A stretch of 38,343 bases of DNA. It comes from Proteromonas lacertae (taxonomy: Eukaryota). The position numbers and the translations under genes were made by a program. The notes under the pieces were generated by a model. That model was not told the origin of the DNA and did no database searches. It worked only from the letters and a program-made list of their open reading frames with translations. The stretch covers positions 186,001-224,343 of the forward strand of contig NGBS01000591.1 of NCBI GenBank assembly GCA_002245135.1. The letters are read 5' to 3'. Shown here in pieces: positions 11,611 to 23,374 of this stretch (positions are counted from its first letter, which is position 1; each line of letters begins with the position of its first letter).

Positions 11611-13978
11611 ATGAAGCTTTTATTCGCAGAAGTTAACTCTCAATTGTTGAAATGCTTAATTACGCTTGCAGAAAGTAAAGTACAAGCTACTCATGAGGTA
11701 ATGCCACCGAATCTTGTTAGATTTGGTAGAAACATTGCATTAGTAGAGAGTGATACAATCTATGGAGGTAACGCTATCTGTCGATATCTCGGATATGCAA
11801 ATCCCAAATCAAAATTGGCAATGAATCTTGAAATTGATTCTTGGTTGGAATTTGAAGAGAATATTCTTTCAGCTGCAATTGCAGTATATATACATTTATT
11901 CATATTATATTTATAGAAAGGTAACATTGACAATGCTTTTAAGAAATTAGAAGAGTCATTAAATGGCAAGAAATATATAACTGGAAAATTAAGTACTGCT
12001 GATATTGTACTAGGATCATCTCTTTATGGTAAAGTAACAAGTATATATATATATATTATATTATAATGATTTTTGTATAGATGAATATCCAATATTAAGT
12101 GCCTATGTAAATAATTTATTCAACGAAAGTAGTTTCAAAGCAGGATTAAGTGAATTAGAAAAATGTAAAGAATTATTACCAAAACCATTCAGCTTACCTG
12201 AAAACTTATCATTATTGAATAAAGTCAAAATCTTATTCAATCAAGCAGTAATAAACGCATTTCCAACCTTACCAAAAGACAAATTTACAATTGATGTAGA
12301 AGTAAATACAAAACCAACAATGAATCATGATTATCAATGTAATAGTGCAATGTCTTTATTTAAGACATTAAAAGCCAATAAGATTGCAGATGCACCAAAC
12401 CAACCTCGAGCTGTTGGTGAAAAAATAATGAATAACTTCCCTTCTCATTCATTATATGAGAAATTAGAATTAGCTGGACCTGGTTATATTAATTTATACT
12501 TATCAAAGAAATGGGTAGCTGATGAAGTAATGAGAATATTGAATTTTGGAGTTGAACCACCAGCTGCTGAGAAGAAGAAAGTAATAATTGATTATTCTAG
12601 TCCAAATGTAGCTAAAGAGATGCATGTTGGTCATTTAAGAAGTACAATTATTGGAGATACAATTGCAAGAATTTTAGAGTTTGCAGGACATGATGTAGAG
12701 AGAGTAAATCACGTTGGTGACTGGGGAACTCAATTTGGTATGTTAATTGCGCATTTAAAAGACACTTGTCCAAATTATAAGACAGAAATTCCTAATATTA
12801 ATGATTTAACAAAATTTTATAAAGAAGCTAAAGCTAAATTTGATGAAGATGAAGAATTTAAAAAAAGAAGTCATTTGGAAGTTGTTAATCTACAAAGTCA
12901 TGATGAATCAGTGAATAAAGAGAATATTGGATTATGGAAAAGAATTATTGAAGTAAGTCAACAAATGTTCACTCTTGTTTATGAGAAATTGAATGTACAT
13001 CCAGGATTAAAGATGGTAGGTGAATCCTTTTATAATCCAATGTTACCAAGTGTAGTAACAGACTTAGAGAAAGAAGGAATGTTGACTAACAGTGATGGTG
13101 CTAAGATATGTTTTGTGGAAGGTGTTGAAACTCCATTAATCGTACAAAAATCAGATGGTGGTTTTGGTTATGATACTACCGATTTAGCTGCTATTAGATA
13201 TCGTGTTAATGATAGAAAAGCAGATTGGGTTATATATGTAGTAGATAGTGGACAAGGATTACATTTTGATATATTGTTTAAAGCTGCAAGAAAGTCACAT
13301 TTTGTCCATGAAAATACACGTTTAGATCATGTAGGATTTGGAGTAGTTCAAGGTGAAGATAAGAAGAGATTCAAAACAAGATCAGGTGATACAGTACGAT
13401 TAGTTGATTTATTAGATGAAGCTAGAGATAGAGCAAGAAAGATATTAGATCAAAGAATCGCTGATAAAACCTCGCCATTAACAGAAGAGAAAGAAATTGC
13501 ATATGCTGCTGAACAATTAGGTTATGGAGGTGTAAAATATTTTGATTTAAGACAACATAGATTATCTGATTATGTGTTCAATTATGATAGAATGTTGAAT
13601 CCTGATGGAGATACTGCTGTTTATATGAATTATACTTATGCTAGAATAAGATCAATTATAAGAAAGAGTGAATATTCAAAGAATCTTGAAGAATTGAAGA
13701 AAAAGGCAATTCATATCACCCATCAAAGTGAATATGAATTATGTATTCAATTATTATGTTTCCAAGAGATTATTGAACAAATTGAAAAGGATTTATTACC
13801 TCATAAATTGTGTAATTATTTATATAATTTATCAATTAAGTTGAATAACTTTTACAGAGATTGTAGAGTTATTGGAAGTGAAGAAGAGCCAGATAGAATC
13901 TTATTATGTAGTGCAACTGCTGAAATTATGAAGAAATGTTTGGATTTGTTGGGAATTATTCCATTAGAAAGAATATAA
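11611..13978 (+). CDS. RARS1: Cytosolic arginyl-tRNA synthetase with an N-terminal GST-like domain
   Basis: DYQCNSAM, DYSSPNVAKEMHVGHLRSTIIG, HVGDWGTQFG, KSDGGFGYDTTD and RFKTRSG. Two GT-AG introns join upstream exons with NAICRYL, IDSWLEF and LSTADIVL. Confidence 0.95.
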
Positions 13979-14109
13979 AAATGATTTGTTTTATTTTGTT
14001 TTATTGTTTTTTTCTTTATGATTATTGTTTATGTTTATTTTTAAAAACATAAATCTATTTCTTATATTACTTTTTTTATTTTATTTTTTAAACACAAAAA
14101 CTATAAAGA

Positions 14110-15447
14110 TTAAGGACATTTCTTATCTAAATACTTTACTCCATTCTCATTATACTCTCTTTTATTAAACCACATTTCATCAAAACCATTTATACTACAT
14201 AACAAACTTCCTCCAATCCAACTCAGTATATTTCTATCATTCTCACTGGAATTAATCACTTTCATCTTATTCGTATTAGGATTCATTACTAAATCCATCT
14301 CTCTACAAATTCTATCATAAAATCCATTCATGGAACTATTACCACCAGTAACAACTGTACTTTTCAGTTCCTTTCTTATCTCTGCATTTAAGCAATTCAC
14401 ACTATTAGATATATATCCTGTAAATGATATTATATTACTATCTATTCCAGGAACACTTGGATCATAAAGTATCTCTGGAACTGCAAATCTTTCAAGTCCA
14501 ACTTCAATTTGCTGTCCATCTGGAAGTGTAAATGGAACAGGTAAGAAAGTTCTATTTCCTTCTTCTTCACTTCGTATAAATGGCATATCACTCATTACAC
14601 TAACTTGTTGTTTGATTTGTGAACCTATTTCTCTCTTTATGTAATTATAATATGTTTCATTACATTAAATATTCATTAAAGAAAATATAAAAATTATAAT
14701 ATCATTAAAAGAAAGAAAGATATATTTTCATTTATTTTAGGTACAATGCCTTTCTTTTCCACTAATTCAGTATAAAAATACTCATCAAAATATCTTCCAC
14801 CCAAAGGACATTTTTGAACTCCTTCTTTTAATACCCATCCATCTAATACAGGAATACAACCAGTATATTGATAACATGATTCTATTACATAAGCACTTGT
14901 CACACCACAACCATAGCAACTTACTACTGCTGAATTGCAGAAGTATATAGCAGGCACTTTGTATGTTTCGAATAGTATTTCTGTGTATTTATATCGTTCA
15001 TTATCTGTTATATCCAGTGGTTCTACAATTAATATTGGGTTTTCTTCTAAACTTGTATCATGATTTAATTTCTTACAATTGTCTATGAGTAGTTCAATGG
15101 CATCCCAGTCTTTTACTATAAAGAAAATGTGATAATCTATATACCATGTCCATCATTTGTGAGTGGGTCATATACATAACTGATTGATTTACTAATCAAA
15201 AACATTAAATAGTATATATATATACTTTGTGAGTAAATCATTTATATACCATTTTGATCTGTTGATGTTAATATCTATTTCTTTCATTTTATTTGCATCT
15301 GGTAAATCTATTCCAATAGAAGTTGGTACAATAACCTATATCACTAAACATAATAAACTATACACCTGGCTTACAATCACCTGCATCTCCAAAGCAAGTT
15401 TTGTATGTCCCTATATCCAAAACAACTCCTCTTTGGTCAATATTCAT
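14110..15447 (-). CDS. ARP4: Actin-related protein, ARP4/ACTL6-like
   Basis: VVLDIGT...GDAGDCKP, DWDAIE, IVEP, TEILFETYKVPAIY, LPDGQQIEVGLERFAVPEILYDPS, VVTGGNS, SWIGGSLL and the terminal KKCP. Three GT-AG introns plus one AT-AA intron. Confidence 0.85.
14665..14723 (-). other. U12-type AT-AA intron (59 nt, phase 0) in ARP4
   Basis: ATATCTTT...TTCTTTAAT-GAATATTTAA. Removal gives VPKINEN|CNETYYNYIKREIGSQIK. No AG acceptor lies between the upstream-frame stop and the start of the downstream open frame. Confidence 0.8.
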
Positions 15448-16059
15448 AAAAATAAAATTCTGTCAATATGTCAATTAAATGTAATTTACTCTTCAATTTT
15501 AATTATTATCATATTGTAATAATTAATGCATGATTGTATATCTAATTTAAACAGTATTTGCTTTATTGTATTATAAAGCAAACAAGAAATTGAATGTAGG
15601 TGTTTTTGTTATTCATTTAAACAAATAGAACACTTAAAAACAATAATTATTTGTATAATGCATTTATTATTCTTTATAAAGTGTTTTTAATTAACATTAT
15701 AACTATCTAATAATTTTCAATCAATTATGCAAAGAAGAGAAAATAGCATTTAATATTCCATTTGAAACACCATAATATTTACATATTATGCTTATTCAAA
15801 GAATGAGACAAAAATCACACAAAATCTAGAATAACCCTAATTAATACATAGTAAAAAATCTACATTGAAATAACTATAGAAATTTTATCGTTATTATCTC
15901 CTATTTATTCCGATATGATCGAAAAAAGAAATAAGTTCAACTGACAATATGTTCGTTTTTTAATTAAAATAACAGCTAGGTTTGACTTTAAAATAAAAGC
16001 TTGATAATTTTGAAATATTATTATTAAAAAAATCTTATAATAATAAGGTGAAGGAACAG

Positions 16060-18178
16060 ATGAATGATTTTGTTTGGAATGATTTATTAGATTTCCTACA
16101 ATTCCATGGATTAGTTGACACTAAACAGGCGTTACTAAAAGAATTGAGTATGAACTAAATTCGTTTATAATCATTTATATAGAAACAAAAAAAGACATAG
16201 CAGCTTGCCCTGTCAGTAGGCAGGATTTGTCCGGTATAAACACAACTGTCATTTATCTTTCAATAGCTATACTAGATTCACATAAACTTGATTGCAAAGC
16301 CAACAAAAGCGACAATTTAGTCTTTTATAATACTTGCATAAAACTACTGGAGAACCGTGAACCAAATCCGCTTGATGGTATTACCCATAATCTTGAACAA
16401 CTATTTGCCAATCTAGGTGCTCAAATAGAGAGATCAGATCAAATACTAAACTATATAAAAGAAAACCCACAAGATGTACCAGATGTTGATAATTTACTAC
16501 ACCAATTCAAGTGTATAGCTGCAGGTCTATTACATTATATGAATCCACTCACAATAGGTCGTTTACCCCAAGAGTTATATGATGATTGCTGTCAAGTATT
16601 GGAAGTAGATAATTTAGATGCATTTCTCAGTTCATCCTCTTCAATTCCAACAGAAGTAGTTGACGAAGAGGAATTAGCAAGTAAAGAAAAGCAGGGAAGT
16701 ATTAATATTACTCAATCACCCGATATAACTTCTACTATAGGTATAGACACTGCAGTATCATCAACTCAAGTATCAGAGTTTAGTGACTTAGAGAATTCTA
16801 CTACAAATGGTAATTCAGATGGTTCATTGATACTTCCAGAAGATTCTGTATATATGTCTAATGAAATGGATGAATATGTTGAATATGATAATATCAATGG
16901 TGATGAAGATGATGAAGAAGAAGATTTAGCTCCATATATGTGTTATAAAACATCAGGACAAGAATTTGAGAATTTAATACAACTGACTCCTTTAGCTAAA
17001 CCAAAACCACCCCCAAAAGTTAGACCACGATCTGCTCCAAGATTAACCTCATTTCAATTGCCAGTTAATTATTATACTCATCATACTGGATTTGAGCCAC
17101 AACCTGATTTTGTATGTGAAACTGGTGATGTATTGATTGAGAAATATGAAATAGTGAGACTATTAGGTGAAGCTGCATTTAGTAAAACATACGAATGTAT
17201 AGATCATAAAGATAAGAAACACGTTTGTATAAAAGTGATTAAAAATGAGAAAGACTATGTGGATCAATCATTAGATGAGATTAAAGTGTTGACAGAGTTA
17301 AATAACGGTGATAAACAAAACAAAAATCATATATTGAGATTATTTGGATATTTTTACTTTAAAGAACATTTATTTTTAGTGACAGAGTTATTATATCAGA
17401 ATTTATATGATTTTACATGTTTATTAAAGAGACATAAGACTAGAAAACAGTATTTTACATTAGATAGAGTGAAGTATATAACAAAACAGATCCTTGAAGC
17501 AATGGTATATTATCATAATCTCAATGTTATTCATTGTGATTTAAAACCTGAGAATATAATGTTGGAGGATCCAAATAGATGTACAATTCAAGTAATTGAT
17601 TTTGGATCATCCTGTTATAATACTGATAGATTAGTGTCTTATGTACAATCAAGATCATATAGAGCACCTGAGGTTATATTAGGAATGAGTTATGATAAAC
17701 GTATTGATATATGGTCATTAGGATGTATTGTGGCTGAATTATATACTGGTAATTTACTATTTGATAATAGTAGTGTTGGTGCTTTATTAGCTAGTGCTGT
17801 AGCAATTCTAGGACAAGTTCCTAAGAATATGTTACAATGTGGTACAGCTGTAAATAAATATTTTGCTGGACCAGAATATATGATGTATGAATATTCACAA
17901 GAAAGTAATGGTTATACTGTATATATACCTGATAAAACATCATTGAGTGAGAGATTGAAGGTGAAAGATAAATTGTTTATATCATTCTTAAAGTCATGTT
18001 TACAATGGGATCCTTCCAAAAGACCAACTGCTGAACAATGTTTGAAACATCCTTGGTTTAATACACAACCTACAGAAGACAGTATATATATATATTATTA
18101 TTATTATTTATAGAGTTATATTTTGATTTACCAGCAGTGTTGAATAAGAAAGTTAAAAAACATAAAGTAAAACATTAA
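16060..18178 (+). CDS. DYRK-family kinase, DYRKP-type, with an N-terminal LisH-like motif
   Basis: HTGFE, LGEAAFSK, DQSLDEIK, HCDLKPEN, DFGSS and SYVQSRSYRAPE. First exon LLDFLQFHGLVDTKQALLKE. Three GT-AG introns. The start position is uncertain. Confidence 0.85.
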
Positions 18179-18308
18179 ATTTCTAAATAGCTACTTTAAC
18201 TATAATTATTCCTTTTAATATTGTAGATGTTATTATAGTATGGTTCTTACATATATTCTTGATTTATATATTAAAATTGTTGAGTAACAGAAAGGGAAGA
18301 AAAAAAAA

Positions 18309-18380
18309 TGAGGTAAGAGAGATTTGAACTCCCAACCTTTGGATCTGGAATCCAACGCGCTACCGTTGTGCCATTACCCC
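18309..18380 (-). tRNA. tRNA-Trp(CCA)
   Basis: GGGGTAA acceptor pairs with TTACCTC. D-arm TGGCACAACGGTAGCGC, anticodon arm TTGGA-TTCCAGA-TCCAA, T-loop GTTCAAATC, followed by an oligo-T Pol III terminator. Confidence 0.95.
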
Positions 18381-18445
18381 TTCTATCATTTTGAATTGAA
18401 TATGGGTTGATAAACAATTAGAGGAGTACATAATTTGTTTTTCAA

Positions 18446-19146
18446 ATGGAGAGTTTATTAGAGTTGTTATCTGATAAGTTTTACGAAGTTATGAAAGAAA
18501 AGAAGATTATTGGGGATAAAGAACTAGAAGATGAGATGTTAAAGAGTTTTCCTGAATATACAGCCGTATATAATTTATTTACCTTTAGCATGCATTACAT
18601 GGAGAATTGTGCAAAATAATAAGTTTATATCTTGGGTTAAAACTCGTCAAATACACAGATTCAAAAATTACTTGGTTAGCTGATAATGCTGTGGATGGAT
18701 ATAAGCTCTATTTTGAAGAGAACGAAAAGACTAGAAAGAAAATGCTTCAAGATAAATTAGATAATGTTGCTCAAGTTGCACATCAAGTATAAATAATGTA
18801 GAATATTTTATATTCAATTTAGCATGTTAATTTACAATATATAATTGAAAGAAATACCGCCAGAAAATTTATAATACCACCAGAAGATAGAATTCCACTT
18901 CCATTTACAGTAATTAGACACAACAATAGTAGTATGGATTTAGAATCTAACCCAAACTTCTCACAAGTAGTAGTATCATCATTTGAACCATTTGAAATAC
19001 AACAAGACTATAGTTTTCTTGATGATATGGGAATTGTTCATATCGATAAGGATAATCTACAGAAATATATACCACCGGAATATATTCCGTATGAATATAC
19101 ATATATATTATTTAATAGATATTTACCTCAAGAAATTCCAAGTTAA
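18446..19146 (+). CDS. DP-like (E2F dimerisation partner) protein with a degenerate DNA-binding helix
   Basis: Three GT-AG introns. LQYIIERN...IPLPFTVI...MDLESNPNFSQVVVSSFEPFEIQQDYSFLDDMGI resembles the DP marked box. The N-terminus has winged-helix spacing (LSDKFYEVMKEK...KITWL). Confidence 0.7.
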
Positions 19147-19226
19147 TTGTTTATAATCTCTTCATTTATAAAATATGTTTTTACTTCAACCAACAAATAA
19201 TAATAAAAACTAAAAAAATATCAAAA

Positions 19227-20358
19227 CTATTTATTTTTCTTCATCATTTTTTCTTTTTTGACAATATCATCATCTTCATTATCAGATTTATCACTATAAT
19301 CTTCACTATCACTCGACAATTTATCATTATCTAACTCTTTAACACCATCAATTATCTTTGTAATAAATGAAGAATCATCATTTATCACTTCTTTATCTTC
19401 TTCAGTATAATCTTGTATCTTTATCTCATCAGGTCTTATCACATCAAATTCTACAGGCATTTTAATATCTAAACCTTGGTAGCAATTACAGAATGCAAAT
19501 AAATTAACAGAATACATATTACTTCCTGGTGTATCTGGTGCTTGAAAGTGTAGCTTAACAGTAAACTCTCTTTCTTTACTCACACTTGTTTCATATGATG
19601 AAACTACTACACTTGGCTTCATTGTAATACGATTGACTACATTAGCAACTAACATGAAATACCATTTCTCTTGTATATCACCATAATAACTAAAAAACAA
19701 TTAAAAATATTACAATAATATTCATATTTATACCAATTTGAATGGCATTGTGGTGCTTTTTCTTTTGGTTTAACATGCAATCTTTTACAATGAACATTTA
19801 CTGTTACTAAATCATTTGTTGCAATCGTGTCTTCATCAGCTACAGTACATTTTGCAGTTATTTCCATAATAGGAAAAAGAGAAGTAACTGTTTTAACATC
19901 TTCGCGGTTTTCTTTATTTATTAATTCTTCAAAATTTTCACTATTTTAAAAATAAATATAATAATATTAATAATACAATGGCTGCTTAATGAACTGTTTA
20001 AATGAATCACATTTCGATCTAATCTTTGCTATTTCTTCATTACTCATATTTGGTAGTTGTGCAAATGGTTCATTATCACCATAGATTCCTTGATATAACA
20101 TTTGACTTAAGTGTAAAATATGTGATACTTTACTAAACTCAGTAATTTCAGTAAATGGATTAATATCCACAACACATTCAAACATATGTTTTACTAACTT
20201 GGTACAAATGGGTAATATTGTGATTAGATCACTTATATCATCATAAGTTAGCTCATTATATAATCTGTTTAAATATGCGTGTAATAATATATTGGCTTTG
20301 ACATAACGATATTGTTTTTTATTTAATGATTCTAAATGGTCTGGATCAACCAACTATT

Positions 20359-20392
<34 letters not shown>

Positions 20393-21333
20393 GATATACT
20401 GATGGTTTAATCATTTGTCTTTTCTTCTTCATCATTGCATATAATTCTTTTAAATGTTTTATTTCACTTTCTTTTCTCTTTAATAAATCAGTTTCTGTAA
20501 ATTCATCAGAAAGACATAATATATCAATCAATACACTATATATAATTAAATATATAAATATTTGCTTTTTATACTCCCTATTTGTATCTTCTTTTATGTT
20601 TTTATGATATAATCGTGTAGTTTCCATATATATATTATCATCACCTGAATAATATCTTGTTTGATTATAACAATAAAAAGATATTAGTGGAATAAATATA
20701 ACCATAAATGCACCATAAATATACAATACTTTCAATTTATTTTCTGGCTCTAATAACCAGGAAGGTAAACCGATTGAGATTTTGAAATCTACAAATCCAT
20801 CGGGATTACCTGTTTCTTCATAATTTCTTCTACCTTCTTCATCAGTCAATGCTTCATATGCTTTTTGAATTTTGATGAATTTGGCTTTATCACCTGTTGT
20901 TTTATCTGGATGATACTTTAAACTTAATTTACGATATGCTTTTTTAATATCACTCAGTTTGGCACCTGACTTTATATTCAGTATTTCGTAAGGATCAAAA
21001 ATATCGGAAGGTCTATTCTTCTGAATAACTTGATATGCATTTTGAAGTAGAAGCAAAATAATTGCACATATTATTATTTGCAAAATTACTCCTTTGTGAC
21101 AAAATCGAGAAGAGAATGATTCACGATTAGCCATATCACTGTATTTCTTTAATTCAGCTTGACTTCTTGCTTTCTAGCGTATTATATTATAAAATACATA
21201 CCTTTTTTGGATTAATCTGTCCGAAATATGAATCATAGCATCTCCATAATATATAGAGTGTAGCAGGTATTAAATATAATGTTAAACAAGAAAAAATGAA
21301 GTAAGAAAAGGCAGATGAGTCGTAATCAATCAT
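19227..21333 (-). CDS. SEC63: SEC63 translocon subunit (TM, J domain, Sec63/Brl domain, acidic tail)
   Basis: MIDYDSSAFSYF N-terminus, FDPYEIL, KAYRKLSLKYHPDK, GNPDG, IGLPSWL, KANILLHAYL and FQAP...CYQGLD. Five GT-AG introns. Confidence 0.92.
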
Positions 21334-21494
21334 TTTCTAAAAGCAAACTTGACTTGACATTATATGGGAGTTTGAAACAGTTCCGATACAAATACCCAAT
21401 TTAAAAACTTTAAAAAATCTTTCTTTTTTGGATTTCTCAACACTTAATTAATAAATCTTTAAACTTGATACATATTTAATTAGTAATAATACAA

Positions 21495-23004
21495 ATGTCA
21501 TCAAAATCGTTCTTTAAACCTCCAGAAATATCGGGATATACTTATAAGAAGTACTTAGGACATGGAATGAAAGGAGCTCTTTATCAAGTTCAAAGAGATG
21601 ATGATTATGCAGAAAATCCAGATAAGTTTGCCTTGAGAATCGTTTGGATTGGTAAAAAGAAAAATGTTGATGATGAAATATCCTTATTATCTCAACAAGT
21701 ATAATATATTCATTGCTATAATTATATAGTGTGATAACCTCCAAAGAATATCTTGTGAAACATTAATCACCTGTATTGACTTTGGTAACCCAGGATCATT
21801 CTTTTTTGCTTTATATAATTGTCCAGAAAAAGGTTCATTAAAATATTTACTATTTAAAAACCGTAAACAGCGAGTAGCAATAGCAGAAAGATTTATACTA
21901 GGAATCTGTGCAGATTTAGCCAAAGCATTAGTGAAAATACATTCATTCAAATTACCTCATGGAGATGTAACACCTCAGAATATATTTATGAATAGTGAAG
22001 GAAGATTTGTCTTAGGTGAATATGGAATTAATCGTCACTTTACTCTAAGTGATACAAATGTAATAAGTGCAGGAATGCCTTATTATTTACCACCAGAAAT
22101 AGTAGTGAATGATTCAGAACCTACATTAAGATCAGATATCTTCTCATTAGGTTGTGTATTATGGGAATGTTGTAATCTACAGCCATTATTCCCGGATTAT
22201 TTTAGTATAATTAAGTTTAATAATGATAAACAATTACCATCTACATTCTTTGAAGGGTATAGTGAAGTTTTGAGAGAAGTGATTCAAACATGTTTGAATT
22301 ATGATAACAAACAAAGACCTGAAGCTGAGGATATATTGGATGTTGATTGTATTAAAAAATATATTCAAGATAGAAGTATTACATTTTTTAATTTATTTTC
22401 TATAGTTAATCCTCATCCTACTAAATTAACATATCCCAAGAATAACTTTGTATTTGTAGTGAATGAAGAAGTTAAAAGTGAATCTACAACACCACAAGTT
22501 GATGTTAGTACTGTTGATAGTTATTCTATCGAGCCAAACCTCCCAAATGGTTTAATATTTGATTCTAATACTGGTGCGATTAGTGGTACACCAACTGAAT
22601 CACAAAAATCACAAAGTTATACAGTTACTGTAGAAAAAGGTGATCAAGGTTGTGATACTAAGATTAATATATCAATTATTACTAGTGAACCACCAGCTAA
22701 TTTGAAATACCCTAAAGATAAGTGGATTTTGAAGATTGATTCTGAAGTTCATATACAACCGACTTGTGATAATATTCCTACTATATATATGAGTCCTGGA
22801 GGTCTTCCTAATGGATTATATCTTGATCCAATAACTGGAGTTGTTTCTGGATCGCCAACTGATGCTAATCCTCCGACTGGCTATACTATCGTTGCTAAAA
22901 ATCAATTTGGATCAAGCGTGTTTCAGGTTGAAATTGAAATTATTGGTATATATTTTGTTTTTATTTCAATAGATGTATTTAACCCAAGAGATCCTTCATA
23001 TTAA
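21495..23004 (+). CDS. NEK-like pseudokinase fused to two putative Ig (He_PIG) repeats
   Basis: Kinase fold with FALR, HGDVTPQN, GEYG, YLPPE and SDIFSLG. Two LPNGL.D..TG..SG.PT repeats. Three GT-AG introns. Confidence 0.8.
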
Positions 23005-23107
23005 CCATATATAATAAATTTTTATTATTTTTGTATTTTTGTGATATTATTTTTGTGATTGTATATCTTGTTCAGTATACTTCATTCAGAAATTTAAAAA
23101 TACTCTA

Positions 23108-23119
23108 TTTGGCGCGAAA
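23108..23119. promoter_or_regulatory. Double-stranded E2F-type site TTTGGCGCGAAA upstream of BRCA2
   Basis: Matches TTTSSCGC on both strands. It is a CG-rich word in very AT-rich DNA, about 255 nt before the BRCA2 ATG. Confidence 0.65.
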
Positions 23120-23374
23120 TTTTCTTTTATATATTTTTTAGCTTTTCTCATTCCTCAAAGATTTTGATTTTTCTAAAATATTTTTTTCCTATTCAATATA
23201 GAATGTATACACCATTCATACATATATTTAGTCAATATTCAAAGATCTCACTTAATTCAACTCTTGGTTTATAATTCATTCATTAAAGGTATATGATCTT
23301 TTATATTCAATATAATAGAATATTTATTAATTATATATTAATACAATACACCATATATAAATATATCAAGTTAA

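Noticed and set aside
15833..15840. Telomere-like AACCCTAA word in the ARP4-DYRKP intergenic region
   Set aside because: Single copy, so there is not enough evidence for a telo-box or telomeric remnant.
16060..16150. LisH-like N-terminus on a DYRK kinase as a novel fusion
   Set aside because: As far as I recall this is an ordinary feature of the DYRKP subfamily.
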